A stretch of 63,440 nt of DNA, filler included, from Asterionella formosa (Eukaryota), in the NCBI GenBank assembly GCA_002256025.1. It is 11 parts of 11 records of this genome, joined end to end, with 100 filler letters (N's around TTAATTAATTAA, not from the genome) between each part and the next. Parts side by side here need not be neighbours in the genome. Positions count along the whole stretch, not along the records: positions 46,249 to 51,916 come from NKIB01012970.1; positions 52,017 to 57,681 come from NKIB01012971.1; positions 57,782 to 63,440 come from NKIB01012972.1; 8 more parts are not named here. One strand, 5' to 3'. Both the position numbers and the translations under genes were made by a program. Under the pieces are notes generated by a model. It was not told where the DNA came from and made no database searches. It saw nothing but the letters and a program-made list of their open reading frames with translations. This document shows positions 49,051 through 62,208 of the stretch, in pieces. The stretch's first letter is position 1; each line of letters starts with the position of its first letter.

Positions 49051-52016
49051 CTCCATCTGCAAATAAAAAGTATCATGCATATAGGATCAAGGGTATCGTA
49101 CGCTAAGTGGCACAGGATTTTCGTATATATAAAAATTTTTGGATCAAAAATATGATCAAGGTATCTTGTAACTAGGATGATTTATTAATATTTTACCAAC
49201 CTTGAAGTATAATGATAACAAGAACATTATCATCACACAATGCATATCAACTGATCAACAACATTTCTTATCAATATCATAAGCCTTCACATTTCATTTT
49301 CACTTCTTGTGATTGCCAAATATAAATCATTACTACAACACATCCTAAAATGAGCTCAACTCTATGCTATCATGTGAATTGTTTTATCGTATTTCTATCT
49401 TAATCATGATAATAAAAATAATCACAAGCATTGTTCAAAATAGATTGAAATGAATCGTAATTTAACTATCAAATTTAGCATTGCTATCTATGATTTTACA
49501 GGCCAGCAACCCGATGTCTCTCTCTACTTGGCTCAATGTATATTGTTCCTGTCTTGCGCTTTCCTTCCTCTATTCTGAATCATGTGTGAGGCGGTGCAAA
49601 CTAATGTTGCGTCTCTTTTCCTGCTGCTAGTGTCACTCTGAACTCGCCGACTATTCCGTTGTTTGATTGGGTTTATTGTCCTGTGCATGCAGTTCCAGTT
49701 ACAATGCGAAGGAATGATTTGTTAGCTAGTCATGTTACATTGACACAAGAACACGCAATTCCTTCATATCCTCTTGCTTCACTTACCACAAATCAATGCT
49801 ACTGATCCATAAGTCTGTAATAGCAACTTGTCAGGATATTCTTGAATAAGTAAGTTTCGGGTATCCAATGTTGTCGAATAAAACTTACCGGTTCTTTTTT
49901 GTCCTTGTCCTGCCTCCCAACGATTGTCATCCAAGTACCACCGTCTGCAAATAAAAACTATCATATTTCCATGATGCATCATAGGATTGTGATCATCTGA
50001 TCATAATTTTTCGTTAGATCATCTAATAATTTTGATAAATGCCTTTGTAATTTAAATAGTAACCCTTTTGACTACATATATTTAATTATTATATGTATTG
50101 TTTCTATTTGATTCCTGTATTCGAATTTCTTGGTAGGATAATGTACCAGTTCAAGTAATGTAGTAATTTGGCTCGTCATTTCCATCCGTCATCACTCCGA
50201 TTTTTGCAACAACACCGAAATACTAGCGATGACAAGCGGAATGAATGTTTGCGATAACGTCTACAATTTGTTGGTCAAGTGATCATTATATCTTCGAGTA
50301 ATCGTCATGTGCAGTGAACCTTTGTTCATAATCATTCAATTAAGAGTTTACAGGAGAGAAGAAATCATTCAAACTTGTAATGGTTCCGCACACAGCACAC
50401 AAAGTATATCCGTTTCGTCCACTTCAGCATGACAATCTCGCCAATCAACCCGAAAACAAACACATTCTACTTGTTCTCGTTGAAATTTTCAATTCTCACA
50501 TGATACTACATCTACTATTGAGATTCAGCATAGAAGGAGATACGAAAATGTGCGTAACAGACTACTGTCCACATAGCTATAGTTATAGAATGATTCTGAT
50601 TAGAACGCATTTCATTTTCATATCGCTCGCTCGTTTCTGCATTTGGCATACTGTACTTGAATTAACTATTGAACTTGTCCGCATCTTTGATACTATCAAG
50701 AGAGCGAAAGCCAGTGGCTCTTTTCACTGTTGTTTGCTCGTAGGAAGAATTTGATATCTGTATCGTCATTTGCTTGTTGGAATTGTCCATTGCCTCAAAC
50801 TTGCTTGCCGTTTGCGTGCAGACACTGTCGACTGGAATTCAATGGTATGTTGTTCTTGTATTCACTGTTGAACTTGTCCGCATCTTTGTTACCATCAATA
50901 GAGCGACGCAGACGAAGTGGGTCTCTTCATTGTTGTTTGCTCCTGGAAAATTCGGTGTCCATGTCATCCTCATCAATAGAGAGACAAGTTCTTTCGTTGG
51001 AAAAATTGGTACCCGTGGTATCATCATTCGCTCGTTGGAACCACTGTCCATTGCCTCAAACCTGATTAGTGTGTGAGTACCGGTATGTGCACTGTCGACT
51101 TTAGTACATTACAGGCGGAGTGACTTCGCTACTAAATTGCGTGATATAATAATATACCCTGTAGCACGACGCAGAATACAGTTGCTTCCCAATCATCTCA
51201 TCCTGATTGATAAGATGATACTGTGATATCATGATAAGGTTACATCGATGCATACATCACCAAAGTGTGATACGTAATATTGAATAAAGTACATCACATA
51301 GCTATGATACATTGATCATAAGACTATGATGATTTTATAAAATGTTTATGATATAATTTTGATCAAAATATGATTATGATAAAATAATACAATGATAATA
51401 AAATACGATAAAATATGTACGCAAGTGTTACCAGGACATCATAGAAAATAAATCAAGCAATCAAAAAGTATGTTAATCAATATATATGTTTGTCGTTTAA
51501 TGTATACAGTTAAAGTCAACAGTTAATATGATAGTATTATACAGTTGATAGGATCTAAGTATACAGATGCGTTGATATGTACATCACTATACCGGTAATA
51601 TGATTTGTGACATGGATTGATGCATATCACATACCGGTATCCTCAACAACCAGCCATCACGTTCATTGTTGTGTCGTCTTTCCTTGTTTTAGCTATATAC
51701 CGGTATATGCCGGCATGTGTATTGTTTTAACACTACGCTGGCGGAACATGCATATTACACTGTGCTTTGTTCAACCATTACTACACTCGGTTACCATCAC
51801 ACCAGTTCCACCATTTTACATCATAGTCTTCTGGCCCTTCGACAACTTTCCAAATGGCATTTCACGGATTTCATGGAAAGGATCAGTCAAACAAGAAACG
51901 AGACTTACTTCCATTGNNNNNNNNNNNNNNNNNNNNNNNNNNNNNNNNNNNNNNNNNNNNTTAATTAATTAANNNNNNNNNNNNNNNNNNNNNNNNNNNN
52001 NNNNNNNNNNNNNNNN

Positions 52017-53888
52017 GATTATTATTGTGATCAAAGAAGTGTGTACCAAACCATTCATGCCAAATCGACAGGCAGCTCAAATGATTCTTATAGAGTTCAT
52101 ACCTTGGACATCCATTTTCATTTTTCTTCATGTGAATGGCACTGACTGATGTTGAAACGCACACTTTGATCAATCAAAAATCTATTACTTTGTATTGACG
52201 ATGAGGACTGTGCAGAGGATGAGAAATCGAAGGATGACAAATGATTCAAAAGAGACTGTAAGTGTTGTGGTCAAACTAAGCCATCAACTCTGTCGTTCAA
52301 CTGTGAAAAGTTTGCTCTCATTTCAGAATGCAAATTTGTAAATCGATCTCTGACACCAGGTAAAATAGAGTTTATTCTAAGATCCACTGGATCCTGAACC
52401 AAATTCAGATGATGAGTCATATTCTTTGAAAATGCTTTGTTTAACACATCTAATGTGAACAAAAAATGACCCCGAACATTCAATATCATTGTTCTTGCAT
52501 CTTGCAGAATGACGACACGGACGCAAGAGAGCAAATTAAGAAAAGCATAGGCGGTAGAATTGGTAGCTAGCTGCATCAATAGATTCAATTTCTTTTTCAA
52601 TAAATGGAAAGATTGTTTGTTGCAGGGTCATTAAAGGTTTGATGTGATCTTGTGGAAAAAACACTTCCTTTTTCATCTGGATGGCCAGCCATAACACGCA
52701 TGGCTTTCATTGGCAGTTTAGCTGAATAAACATCACGTCGAGTATCCACGCTCCGATTTCCAAGGTCATTGATGATATAGCCATCAAGTTCATCCAATTC
52801 TGGTTTGACTGAACCAGCCGATCAACCAAAATGCACGAAATGTTTTGAAATAATAATTCCAAGGTGTCTGCAAGCATTCTTCATGTTACTCACATGTGCC
52901 TGATCAGTTACTGAAATAGTGTTGTCGAAGCCCCAAGAATCTGTCAACAGCTTAATGTTGAACCAGGCATTGTTTGAAGTAAAATCAAATGATTCTGCTT
53001 CTCCACTCTGCATAAATCTTGCCATTAAATAAATCCAAGAGCACCAATAGCACACTCATTGACATTACGATGTCGAATACAACGTCCATAAAGAGTCTTT
53101 AACCCATTTGTTTTCCTAGTAGCGATGCGCATCACATGAATTAAAATATCCTCTTGACTATTTTTATCCTTGTGTAACAAGGAACAAAGATCGCAAAGCT
53201 CGCACGTAAAGAGTGATTTGCCTCTTAAGATCCTATTTCTTGTCATCAAAAGACAATCTTGATCATGTAAAGATGCCACTGAATAAATGGATGACAACGA
53301 ATTTTTTGAAAGAAAAAACTTCAAGTCTTGGGATATCTTGAGCATCAGTGTATGGCGTGAGATCACTTGTCAATTTTTCATCGAAATTGCTTTTCGCAAT
53401 TTGTGTCTTTCTCATTTTTACTGTCTTCAACAATCTTTTGACACAGCCAGACATAAGTACTTCCTTGGGTATGTTGTTGCATCCTCCATCCCGTTGCTGT
53501 GCATGCAAATCTAGGATGGCTGATCAATATTGATTTAGTACACTATATCCAATTGGCTTGTCTGAAATCCAATCAGTGTTGGAAATTACAGATTCATAAT
53601 CATCCTTTGAAAATTGTTCTTCCACTGGTTTACCTTGACCTGGTTGTCCTCTGGGTTGCTGATGATGTCTTGATTGATACCATAGAAAGCCAAAGAACTT
53701 TTCTCCTGTCACTGTTGTAGATGCCTGGGATGCCATCCACCTCAGACGGAAAAGCATAACGATAAAAATCAAGGAATTCTGCCATTTTTCTTCTATAGGC
53801 AAGAAATGGTGTTTTCCGGACAACCAGCCTTATCGTCTGCTGCAACCTGTTTTGCTTGAGCTGCGAATTTTCCACTTGTGTATGACAT
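52017..53888 (-). mobile_element. Second, frameshifted copy of the CryptonF-like element including the N-terminus
   Basis: 52017-53424 is a close, colinear match to 12530-13935. It continues upstream to ATG 53888 (MSYTSGKFAAQAKQV...PENT/AYRRKMAEFLDF...KPIGYSVLNQY). Confidence 0.9.
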
Positions 53889-54316
53889 GCTTAAATCGGA
53901 ATAAATGATTTTTATAATTTGGGAGGAGGTTGCATAGATTATGTGGTAACAAATTCAATTCAAATGAAGAAGGGATAAGAACGAGAGTTTGGTTGTGGTT
54001 GTAACAAGATGATGATAACAGCAGCCTCCAGTCATGATAATGCATCACATAGTTTAAAATATGGCTCGCGCTGGCAGCATCACGCCTACCGGTGTCCCAG
54101 CAGTTTAAGTTTAAGAGATGTACCGGTACACAAATTAACCTTTTGTTTGAAATGTCAATTAAATTTTATAGTACATTAAAGCTATCTAATAATTGCACTT
54201 GCGCCCACCAAATAGATGGACACAATTCATACCGGTTTTATTCGTCCGTACGGTACAATGGGACCTGCCTTTTCGTCAGCCGCACCCCCGGGAATCCTAG
54301 TAGTAGGGACTACATG

Positions 54317-54389
54317 AAAAAGGCAGGTGGAGAATTCAAGAATCGAACCCGCCACCACAGGGGTGTGCTAACCACTAAGCCATTCCCCA
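54317..54389 (-). ncRNA. tRNA-derived element (truncated tRNA pseudogene, SINE head or Pol III ncRNA)
   Basis: Minus strand GGGGAAT-GGCTTAGTGGTTAGC-ACACCCCTGTGGTG-GCGGGTTCGATTCTTGA-ATTCTCC-A, then TTTTT. It has an A box, a B box and a 7-bp terminal stem, but a shortened anticodon arm. Confidence 0.55.
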
Positions 54390-55814
54390 AGTTACTAGCC
54401 TTATGTTTTTGTACCGGTACTGTACTCGAAAGTCATCTAGAATAAATGACGGGTCCCTGGCTGTTGCGACAATGCATTATAGCATAAAGAGACCAGTTAC
54501 TGGTACTAGCTAGTAGTACATATGTAGGACATATGGGACAAACAACCACATTATGTACGCTGTTTTATGGCTAGCATAACACTTTTTTGCCAAGTATAAA
54601 GAAGGCGAGTTTAAGAAAGACTACTACAGTACTACAGCGCTGATCACAGAATTTAGTGCTACATGAGCTACAGGGACCTCCGGGTCCCGATAGTTAATAA
54701 TCCTAAATATGACGGATTCACCATGACGAAAGGCACTATCCAAGTGACCAACAAAGCAAAGAAAGAACAAATCATACATGGGGTACAGAACTACAAGACA
54801 GTAAAAAATCCGACAGAAAGAGAATGCAGAAAGAGGAGGAGATGAAAAAGCAAACAAAGATTAATGCAGGAGCGGTAAAAAACAGCAATTACATGGACGT
54901 CGATTTGATGTTTTACACAAACACTATGCACAGTTGGGGAATTCATGGAAATGGCATCAACACAACCTAAACAGAAGAAGAACCAGGCAAAGAGAGCAAC
55001 AAGAGAAAAGAGAAGAAGAAGTTCAACAACTTTTCACTACAGAGAGCGCTATTACAGTGCCAGCAGCACAAAGAATAAAAGAATAGCGATTTGCTTAACA
55101 TTAACAATAATAAAGAAGAAGACAGAGAAATTAAGACATCACTGATGAAGAAATTGCGCCAGAGCTGGATGTGCTGCTCAAAGCAATAATTTTAGTGATA
55201 ACAAAGACAATGAAGACAAAGACAAAAACAATGAGTTGGAAGCCCTGGAATCACCAATTGTTATTGAGACTTCAAATTGAATCACCAGAAAAAGGGCCAA
55301 ACGTGAAATCTTTAAAATCAATCCACACTCACCATCCCGTTCTCCGGCTGACATGAGAAGTGCAGTCATGGAGAACTGAACCAAGAGCAACACTACCACA
55401 ATTTTTTAAACTACTTCAACACGAGGGAGTAACTACCAACCGCCCCACCTTGCTCATATGGGCGGGCCATGGAGCGCTATGACGGCAACTCTAGAAATAG
55501 AATAGTAAGAATGCGCTATAAATTTTTTTAATATAAATATATATATATACTATATATACATATATATGGTTAGCATAGACTAATGGGGCGAGCATTTAGA
55601 GGATTAGCATATGAATCTCAAATCTGAGAGACACATGAAAATCAAAACATGATGTACCAGGCCAGGCATATGTGTTTACGCTGCCTGCCCTTAACCTGAC
55701 TAGAACGGAAAAACCGGCATACTATATTTCGATTCTAAAATTTAAACACTAATTTCCTCTAACTGACGGTTTGTGCATTTCCCGACACTTTGTGCCAAAA
55801 TTGTATTCTTTCAA

Positions 55815-56930
55815 AACCTTGGCTCTGGAAGGTGTAATGGAAGGCGTCCTTTGTCGGTTTTTTAAAACATTTAATGTTCTTGGCCATGGCAAGTCAGACT
55901 TTAGATTTGATAATTTCCTTATAAGAACATTTGGAGACAGCTTGAATTGTAGAATCATCATCCCAGATGATTGTAGAGTAGATAACACCTTATTTACTAG
56001 TAATGGCATCAACCATCATTTCCACACCCACATCTGGTTCCATTGCCTTCGAACTTCCAGTTACGTGATTCTTGGAGCAAACATGATGCTTGATAGGTTT
56101 CATGTACTGTGTAGCCCTGTTGCAGACATTACAGACCTTTGATTTTACTCGATAGTCCAGCATCTTTCTCGTGTAGCCACCAATACAGAATGTAAGTCCA
56201 CTTACGGAGTAATACTTATTCCCACTGGATCGCTGCTGCCAGCCCATATTATAAGCAACGGTGAGTCGTGGCATATTCAGTACAGACATCCGTTCTGTAA
56301 CAGGTAGATTATTCATTCACTAGATCGTTCTTTTCAGCCCAATCGCCTTGTTCACTCACCATAGCAAGAGCTGTGGTTGCTACTTCCGCCTCACCAACTT
56401 TCTCTTCTACAGCAGTGAAATTACCTTGGGTTGACCAAAATCCAACTGCAAGAGGTAAGTTCATTGCAGAATAAACGATATCTGCGTCACCAGGTCCTAA
56501 TGCATCTTCGTGACAACCAAGAATAAACTGCTGGTTGATTGCAAAGTGTTTTGCTTCTATTTTCCTTATCTCACCATGGTCGTCATCTTCGTCGTTGTTG
56601 CTTATTGCAGATTCGAGTTTGCTTAGCAACCTGTTTCTGGCAGGTCAAACATGTTGCTTTGACGGCGCTTGCCAACCCGTAGTTCTCCGATGGCACAACA
56701 ATCAACGGTTGCATTGCTGATTTTTCTAACCAGGCATGTTCCAAGAAAAAATCGCATTTCTCTGCCATTGTAATTTGGTGGTAGATGTGATTGTTTTGGG
56801 AGGACAGGTTTTTTGATTGTAGGACACCACCAATTCTGATTTTCGTCTTCGACTATATTCTGATGTCCATGACCACCAACTCCAATTTCTGCTAAAAGAC
56901 GGCCAACGCACCACACTGGAACACGGCATG
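55815..56930 (-). pseudogene. Kolobok-type (Mutator-like domain) DDE transposase remnant
   Basis: LTVAYNMGWQQRSSG...SVSG...IGGYTRKMLDYRVKSKVCNVC...HVCSKNHVTGSSKAME, then IIWDDDSTI and DKGRLP...PEP. An upstream ENYGLAS...CLTC motif is also present. Confidence 0.8.
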
Positions 56931-57124
56931 GTGCTGTTGTTGTCTATGTTGTTTGTTGTTATTACTGATGTGTTAAATTTTTAAATAATAGCACAACATT
57001 AACAAAATAATATAGAAAACAAGAAAAATACATGCAACCTCACTTCTAGATGATGAGTATGAAACAACATGCGTAGTACTAGTTGTATTGAAGTAAATAT
57101 TCTATTGAAATGAATGCAAATAAT

Positions 57125-57586
57125 TTAAATAAACGAATCACTACTAGATTTAGAACTTTTAGAAACAGGTTTGAAGCCAGTGTACTCTTCGTTTCTTTCC
57201 TTGCTTTTCAATAGGGATCGAACCCCCTTCAAATAACAGTCAGGAAGTCCCACCATACAAATACTTTTTCCCAATGGTCCACAGTAAACTCTGATTAAAA
57301 ACTTGTAGGGAAGATTGCGGGCTCTTGACGCCGTAATCTCATCATCCTTCAATTTGCTGAGAATGTTATCCACTTACAAGAAATTTTCCACCAATTCTTC
57401 GACTTCATCCCATCAGCACTGATATTCAGGGCAACCAAAATCACAGCATTTGCAGAAGATGCGACTCTCACATCCCTCCACATCCGACTTTACAATCAAC
57501 TGGTCTAGAAAAGTTGGACAAGTATCATGAATGAAATTGAATGGGTCATCTCCCTTGTTGTCACGGTGATGTGATTTTTCGCTCAT
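57125..57586 (-). pseudogene. KolX-like / P2X7-ballast-like accessory ORF with two in-frame stops
   Basis: One frame reads CKCCDFGCPEYQC*WDEV...*VDN...RARNLPYKFLIRVYCGPLGK...LPDCYLKGVRSLL...EYTGFK. Confidence 0.6.
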
Positions 57587-58288
57587 GGTTGATTGTTGCT
57601 TCTTTTTTGTTTTTACCAGTATAGTCATCAACGATATTTGCCATGCTGCCAGGTTGATGCTCTGACATACCGGTATACATANNNNNNNNNNNNNNNNNNN
57701 NNNNNNNNNNNNNNNNNNNNNNNNNTTAATTAATTAANNNNNNNNNNNNNNNNNNNNNNNNNNNNNNNNNNNNNNNNNNNNCTACCACCGGTATGTCATA
57801 GGAAAGAAGCAATGGTATTTTAAAACCGGTATACATACCGGTAATGCTGTGGATAACGATGTGTTAACTTTTGGCATAAACCCCAAGAGTTAATCCCGGA
57901 GCATCAGTTAGGCCGTTGAAAATTTCAAGGGCATTCTTTGATTTTTGAGGCTTTTCCAGGCCCACATCTACTGCCGGTCATCAAATTTGCCTCCCCGTTC
58001 GGACGTGGAAAATATATGGAGCAAAGCGCAAATTTGATAACAACAAAATATACAACCCATCCCGGAAGATTATAGGTTACTGCCGGTAATTGCAGAAAAT
58101 CAAGGGTGCGAAGTCGAGAGGTTGCTATCCTTGGTTTGATTGTCGACATCGAGTTTCCTATCGAAGGCTCTAGAGCTGATATTGAATATCCCTGTGTCCT
58201 CCCTTTGGTGCTTAGAGACGAGCGAAAACGAAGAAAACTCCCTTGCAAGCATCCATTTTCCAGCCATCAAAGTGACTAATACACCACC

Positions 58289-59959
58289 ATGTCAAATCCT
58301 GCGAGCGAAGATGGAGACGTTAACATTACTGTAGAGGAGCTTCTTAAGGACAAGGATGCTACAATAGGTATGTTGGAGCGACAAAAAGGGAAACAGGATG
58401 AAGCTATTTTGCAGCTGCAGCAAGAGCTAGGTGAAGCGGAAATCCGGCACAAGGACGAAGTGTATTGGCTGCGTCTCGAAGTCGACGGTCTTCGACGCGA
58501 GAAGGAAGGCATAGAGGATCGCGTTGCGGACCTCTACCGCGAGTTGAGAGAGATTGAGTCCGAAGCGGACATTAAGGAACAACCACAGTCTTTGGACGCT
58601 GATTATGTCATGAGTCTCCAGCAGCAGGTAGGAAAATATGCACGTGCGTATAGCGTCTTAGAATCGCAGGTTTCCATGGTCAAGCAGTCTTGCGATGAAG
58701 TGGTCAAAAGTCTGAAGGAGGAGATTGCCGATGTTATGGATGACAAGACCAGGATGGAGATGGATCTCTTGAACCAGCTTGCTGTCCTTGATAATGAAAA
58801 GAGAGAACTCGAAATGGACTTCGAGGAGCAGGTCAAGATGAAGGATGACAAGATTGCTGATTTGAAGAAAGGTATTGGAGTAGTCACTGGTGGAAAAGGA
58901 AAAGAGAAGGAGGAAGATTTTGTCAACCAAATCAGTGACTTGAAGGATGCCAAGAGGAAGGTTGAAGACGAGCTCCATGCTGAGCGCAATGAGTCTGATG
59001 ATGCCATAGCACGTTTAGAGGAGGCAAACGCTGATCTCGAAAACCAGATTGAATCAATGGCCAGTGACTTGGAGGTAATGCGGCAGGGTGCTGCAGCCGA
59101 AGCTGTCCAAGTTCTTGATGCCTTGACCCGTGACCGCCAAGAAACCCTGACAACATTGGAACGTGTAGCTGTAATTTGGGAGAAGGCTGACGATTCTATT
59201 CAAGGCCTTGAAGATATAATGGACGAACTTAGACCAAATGATGATGATGCGATCCAGGGGGATCGTGAAAGGTTGCTCTCGACATTGGAAACTGCATCAC
59301 TTGTCCATGGCCAGATCAAAGTATCACTATTATTGGTAGAATTAAAGCTTCGGAACCAACTCAGCTCGTTGAAGAACGACAAGCTACGCATGGGCATGGG
59401 AAGTATTGCTCCAGACCAGAACCTGACAGAAAGAATGAAGGAGATTCAACAAGAAGCTTTGACGGCTCTCGATCAAGTTGAGGACAGCTTGACTGACCAA
59501 ATAAAGCAGCTCGAGAACCTCACCCGGGAGGAAACGAGCCAGGTTAAGGACGACCTACAGGAAAAGACAGATGAGCTACGCGTTCTGCAAGGGCAACACA
59601 AGAAGCTTGAATCAGAGATTTCCAGGTTACGCAAGCAGGATGAAGAAAGGAAGAACAAGGACTCAGACGAAAAGCCTTCAGAAAATGGGAAGATGGAGAC
59701 CGCTGTCAGCAAAGCTGTCTTGGAACGCCTTCAGAATGAGGTGCTAACAGTTGTGGAGCGTATCAGGGATAAAAATGAAACAATTGGGCGGCTAACAACT
59801 TCGATTGAGGAACACAAGATGAGAGAGGGTGCTCTGAAGAAAGAGCTGAAACGTATGATGAAGCGATCCCGGGGGACAGATGAAGACCAAGGGGGGCTTT
59901 CAGGAGCATCAAACAGGCAATCACGACGTCACTCCAGTGCTGCTCGGCCCAACAACTGA
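58289..59959 (+). CDS. Long coiled-coil protein of unknown function
   Basis: Intact 556-aa ORF, E/K/Q/L-rich heptads, with coding-like base composition. Confidence 0.88.
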   Translation: MSNPASEDGDVNITVEELLKDKDATIGMLERQKGKQDEAILQLQQELGEAEIRHKDEVYWLRLEVDGLRREKEGIEDRVADLYRELREIESEADIKEQPQSLDADYVMSLQQQVGKYARAYSVLESQVSMVKQSCDEVVKSLKEEIADVMDDKTRMEMDLLNQLAVLDNEKRELEMDFEEQVKMKDDKIADLKKGIGVVTGGKGKEKEEDFVNQISDLKDAKRKVEDELHAERNESDDAIARLEEANADLENQIESMASDLEVMRQGAAAEAVQVLDALTRDRQETLTTLERVAVIWEKADDSIQGLEDIMDELRPNDDDAIQGDRERLLSTLETASLVHGQIKVSLLLVELKLRNQLSSLKNDKLRMGMGSIAPDQNLTERMKEIQQEALTALDQVEDSLTDQIKQLENLTREETSQVKDDLQEKTDELRVLQGQHKKLESEISRLRKQDEERKNKDSDEKPSENGKMETAVSKAVLERLQNEVLTVVERIRDKNETIGRLTTSIEEHKMREGALKKELKRMMKRSRGTDEDQGGLSGASNRQSRRHSSAARPNN

Positions 59960-61379
59960 GCTCAGCTCCTTCAATTCAAATTCCATAATGTAAAAGTGAT
60001 TACAAAATTTTCACATTAATTGCGGGCTTATACGTTTGAGATCCTTAGATAGGATTATGACAATTGCAGGGGGCACATATTAGGCTTCTGCCATAGGGTC
60101 TTTCTGACATCGAGTGCCTAGCAAAGTTGTAGTATATCACATATTTTGCCATTTTATAGTTGATTGAAATTTCCTTCCTTTCTCCAAAATCAACTTTTCA
60201 TTAATAAGTCAATCGATGTGCAGATAATTTCTAAATCATTTACACATATTCAAGCGTCATGATCACCAGGCATAAACCTGTTGCTGATTGCAGAATGATT
60301 TAATTGATCTCCTTTCTCATCAAGTCAATTGTTTGCAAAGATTGCAGGCAAGGTTCAATAAATGTGTTGTTTCAATTTCATTACTTGATAAAAAACTAGT
60401 CACTACTATGTTTAATCTTCGTCGGCACTGATTTGATACCATTGTTGAAACTCTTCATTGGGTTCTTGCTTAAAAAACTGAACTGGTTCAAGACACTGTC
60501 TGGACGCACCTTTTAAACTCCATTTCCCCAAGGACCACTGAAAGTCCTGACTGATTAGGAATTTCTAAAGGATTTCCTTGTCCTGCGAGGAGAAATGTCG
60601 CCTGCCTTAACCAGCTCAACAACCGAATCAGCAATCATGCCTCCTTCACCAAGCCTTCAAGTGTCCCTAACATCTTAATTCTGGGTGCCCAAGCAAAGTC
60701 ACAAGGGTCGCAGAAGATGTTATCACTGGCTACCTCACCTTAGGGAAAAATGGTGAGGAGATTAGCTACTGTTATCAATATATTACTAGCAACGTCACCA
60801 GGGTGAGATTTTTCGTCGTGGTGGAAATACTACGAAGGAATTATTCTACGCAGCTGCGACAGAAACAATAGGGAAAAAATAGTAAAGAGATTACCATCAT
60901 CACTATATTACTACCGGTAAGTAATGCATAGCGATGATATGAGCAAGAACACATTTGTACGAAAAATTATTCTAAAAATAAAGCGCATGGTGTATGGCTT
61001 TATTGCTTATTTCTTCAAGTATACTGGTATGTCAACATAGGAAGGAAAGTTTGGAACAAGAAAACTAATAACTTCACGACATCTTGGCAATGCTGAAATG
61101 AAACTTGTTCCCGTCACAACCTGGTGGTTTCAAAGAGCTCCACTGGGTCGGACAATGGTGATGAAGTTATCAGTTCTAATGATAATACTGCTCCCCGAAG
61201 AAGTAGGTAGTTTTGATGACGATGAAAGGTGGTCAGAGGGAAACAAAGAAGTAAATGTTGACAACAAAAAGTCTAGGAAACGTTGACAACAAAATGTCTG
61301 CTCTCGACGAAGAAGGTGGCTGTGAATTGGATGAAATTGAAGGTGGCAATGTTGAAGATAAAGTCCTGGCTGTACTTGG

Positions 61380-62100
61380 CTGACAAAGCAAAAATCGATG
61401 TATGGGTTAAAATAAAGTTTTGCTCCCTGTTTCCTTTAGCTTTCATTTGTTGAATGCTCAAATCTTGCTCAGTTCATTAAGGCTGACTGTTTTTATGCCC
61501 TCAATGACAGTTGCTCACAACCTCGCTGTATACCACTGACTGGAAGCCTGTCAATTATGTTTGCAATGGCTTCCATCTCCTTTTTTCTTGAATGCTGGAT
61601 CGATGGCCATCATCATGCTTTGCATTGGGTCTAGCTCGATGAACCATTCATCTGGGTCAGAGGAGCTGTTGTTTAGCATGCACTTGTTGAACTTGCTTGC
61701 TAACTGGATCAGGTCCGACACAGAATGGGGGTTATACCTCGCGTGCTTCAAGGTTCGTCCTCTTCCATGCCATGTATGCGTCGCCATCAACCAATTTATT
61801 CGTTTTCGCTTGATTGACGAGTCCGAAAGCGATTCCAGTGCAGCTCATGATATGCCTTGTTATCGTTGGCCTCGTAGATTGCCTTGATTCCCTTGTGCGT
61901 TTCTTTCTTGTACTCTTTGTCAGAGCATGGGTTGTAGTCTTGCTTTTGCGTACATCATGCGTAATCCTCTGGATTTGGCGAGAGCAAAGCGTCTTCACAC
62001 CTCACTTGTACTAATTCGTTTTTTCCCATCAAACTTGATGAGCCTCATGGTCTCTTCAGATAGACATGTTGCGTTGTCTTTAAAACTTAGGTTTTTCAAT
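61380..62100 (-). mobile_element. Decayed Copia gag remnant
   Basis: MRLIKFDGKK, IAFGLVNQAKT...DGDAYMAWK and SSSDPDEWFIELD parallel the gag at 14393-15079 (LPTFDG, PFGYVNNAR, NPDSWYVELD). Confidence 0.75.
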
Positions 62101-62208
62101 AAACACATCTGATTACACTGGTATATTGTCTGCCCTTTTCTCTCAAAATGCATTATGAATACTGCCAATCTAGTATCACTCATTTTTTAAATTTCAGTGT
62201 AACAGGTA

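Noticed and set aside
5688..57781. Regularly spaced TTAATTAATTAA palindromes about every 5.78 kb, and apparent gene clusters spanning them
   Set aside because: They are artificial linkers flanked by N44. The periodicity reflects size-sorted contigs, so cross-spacer neighbourhoods (e.g. the facing Gypsy copies at 23041/23142) are not real synteny.
58603..59712. Several minus-strand Ser/Leu-rich ORFs
   Set aside because: They are antisense shadows of the coiled-coil CDS.
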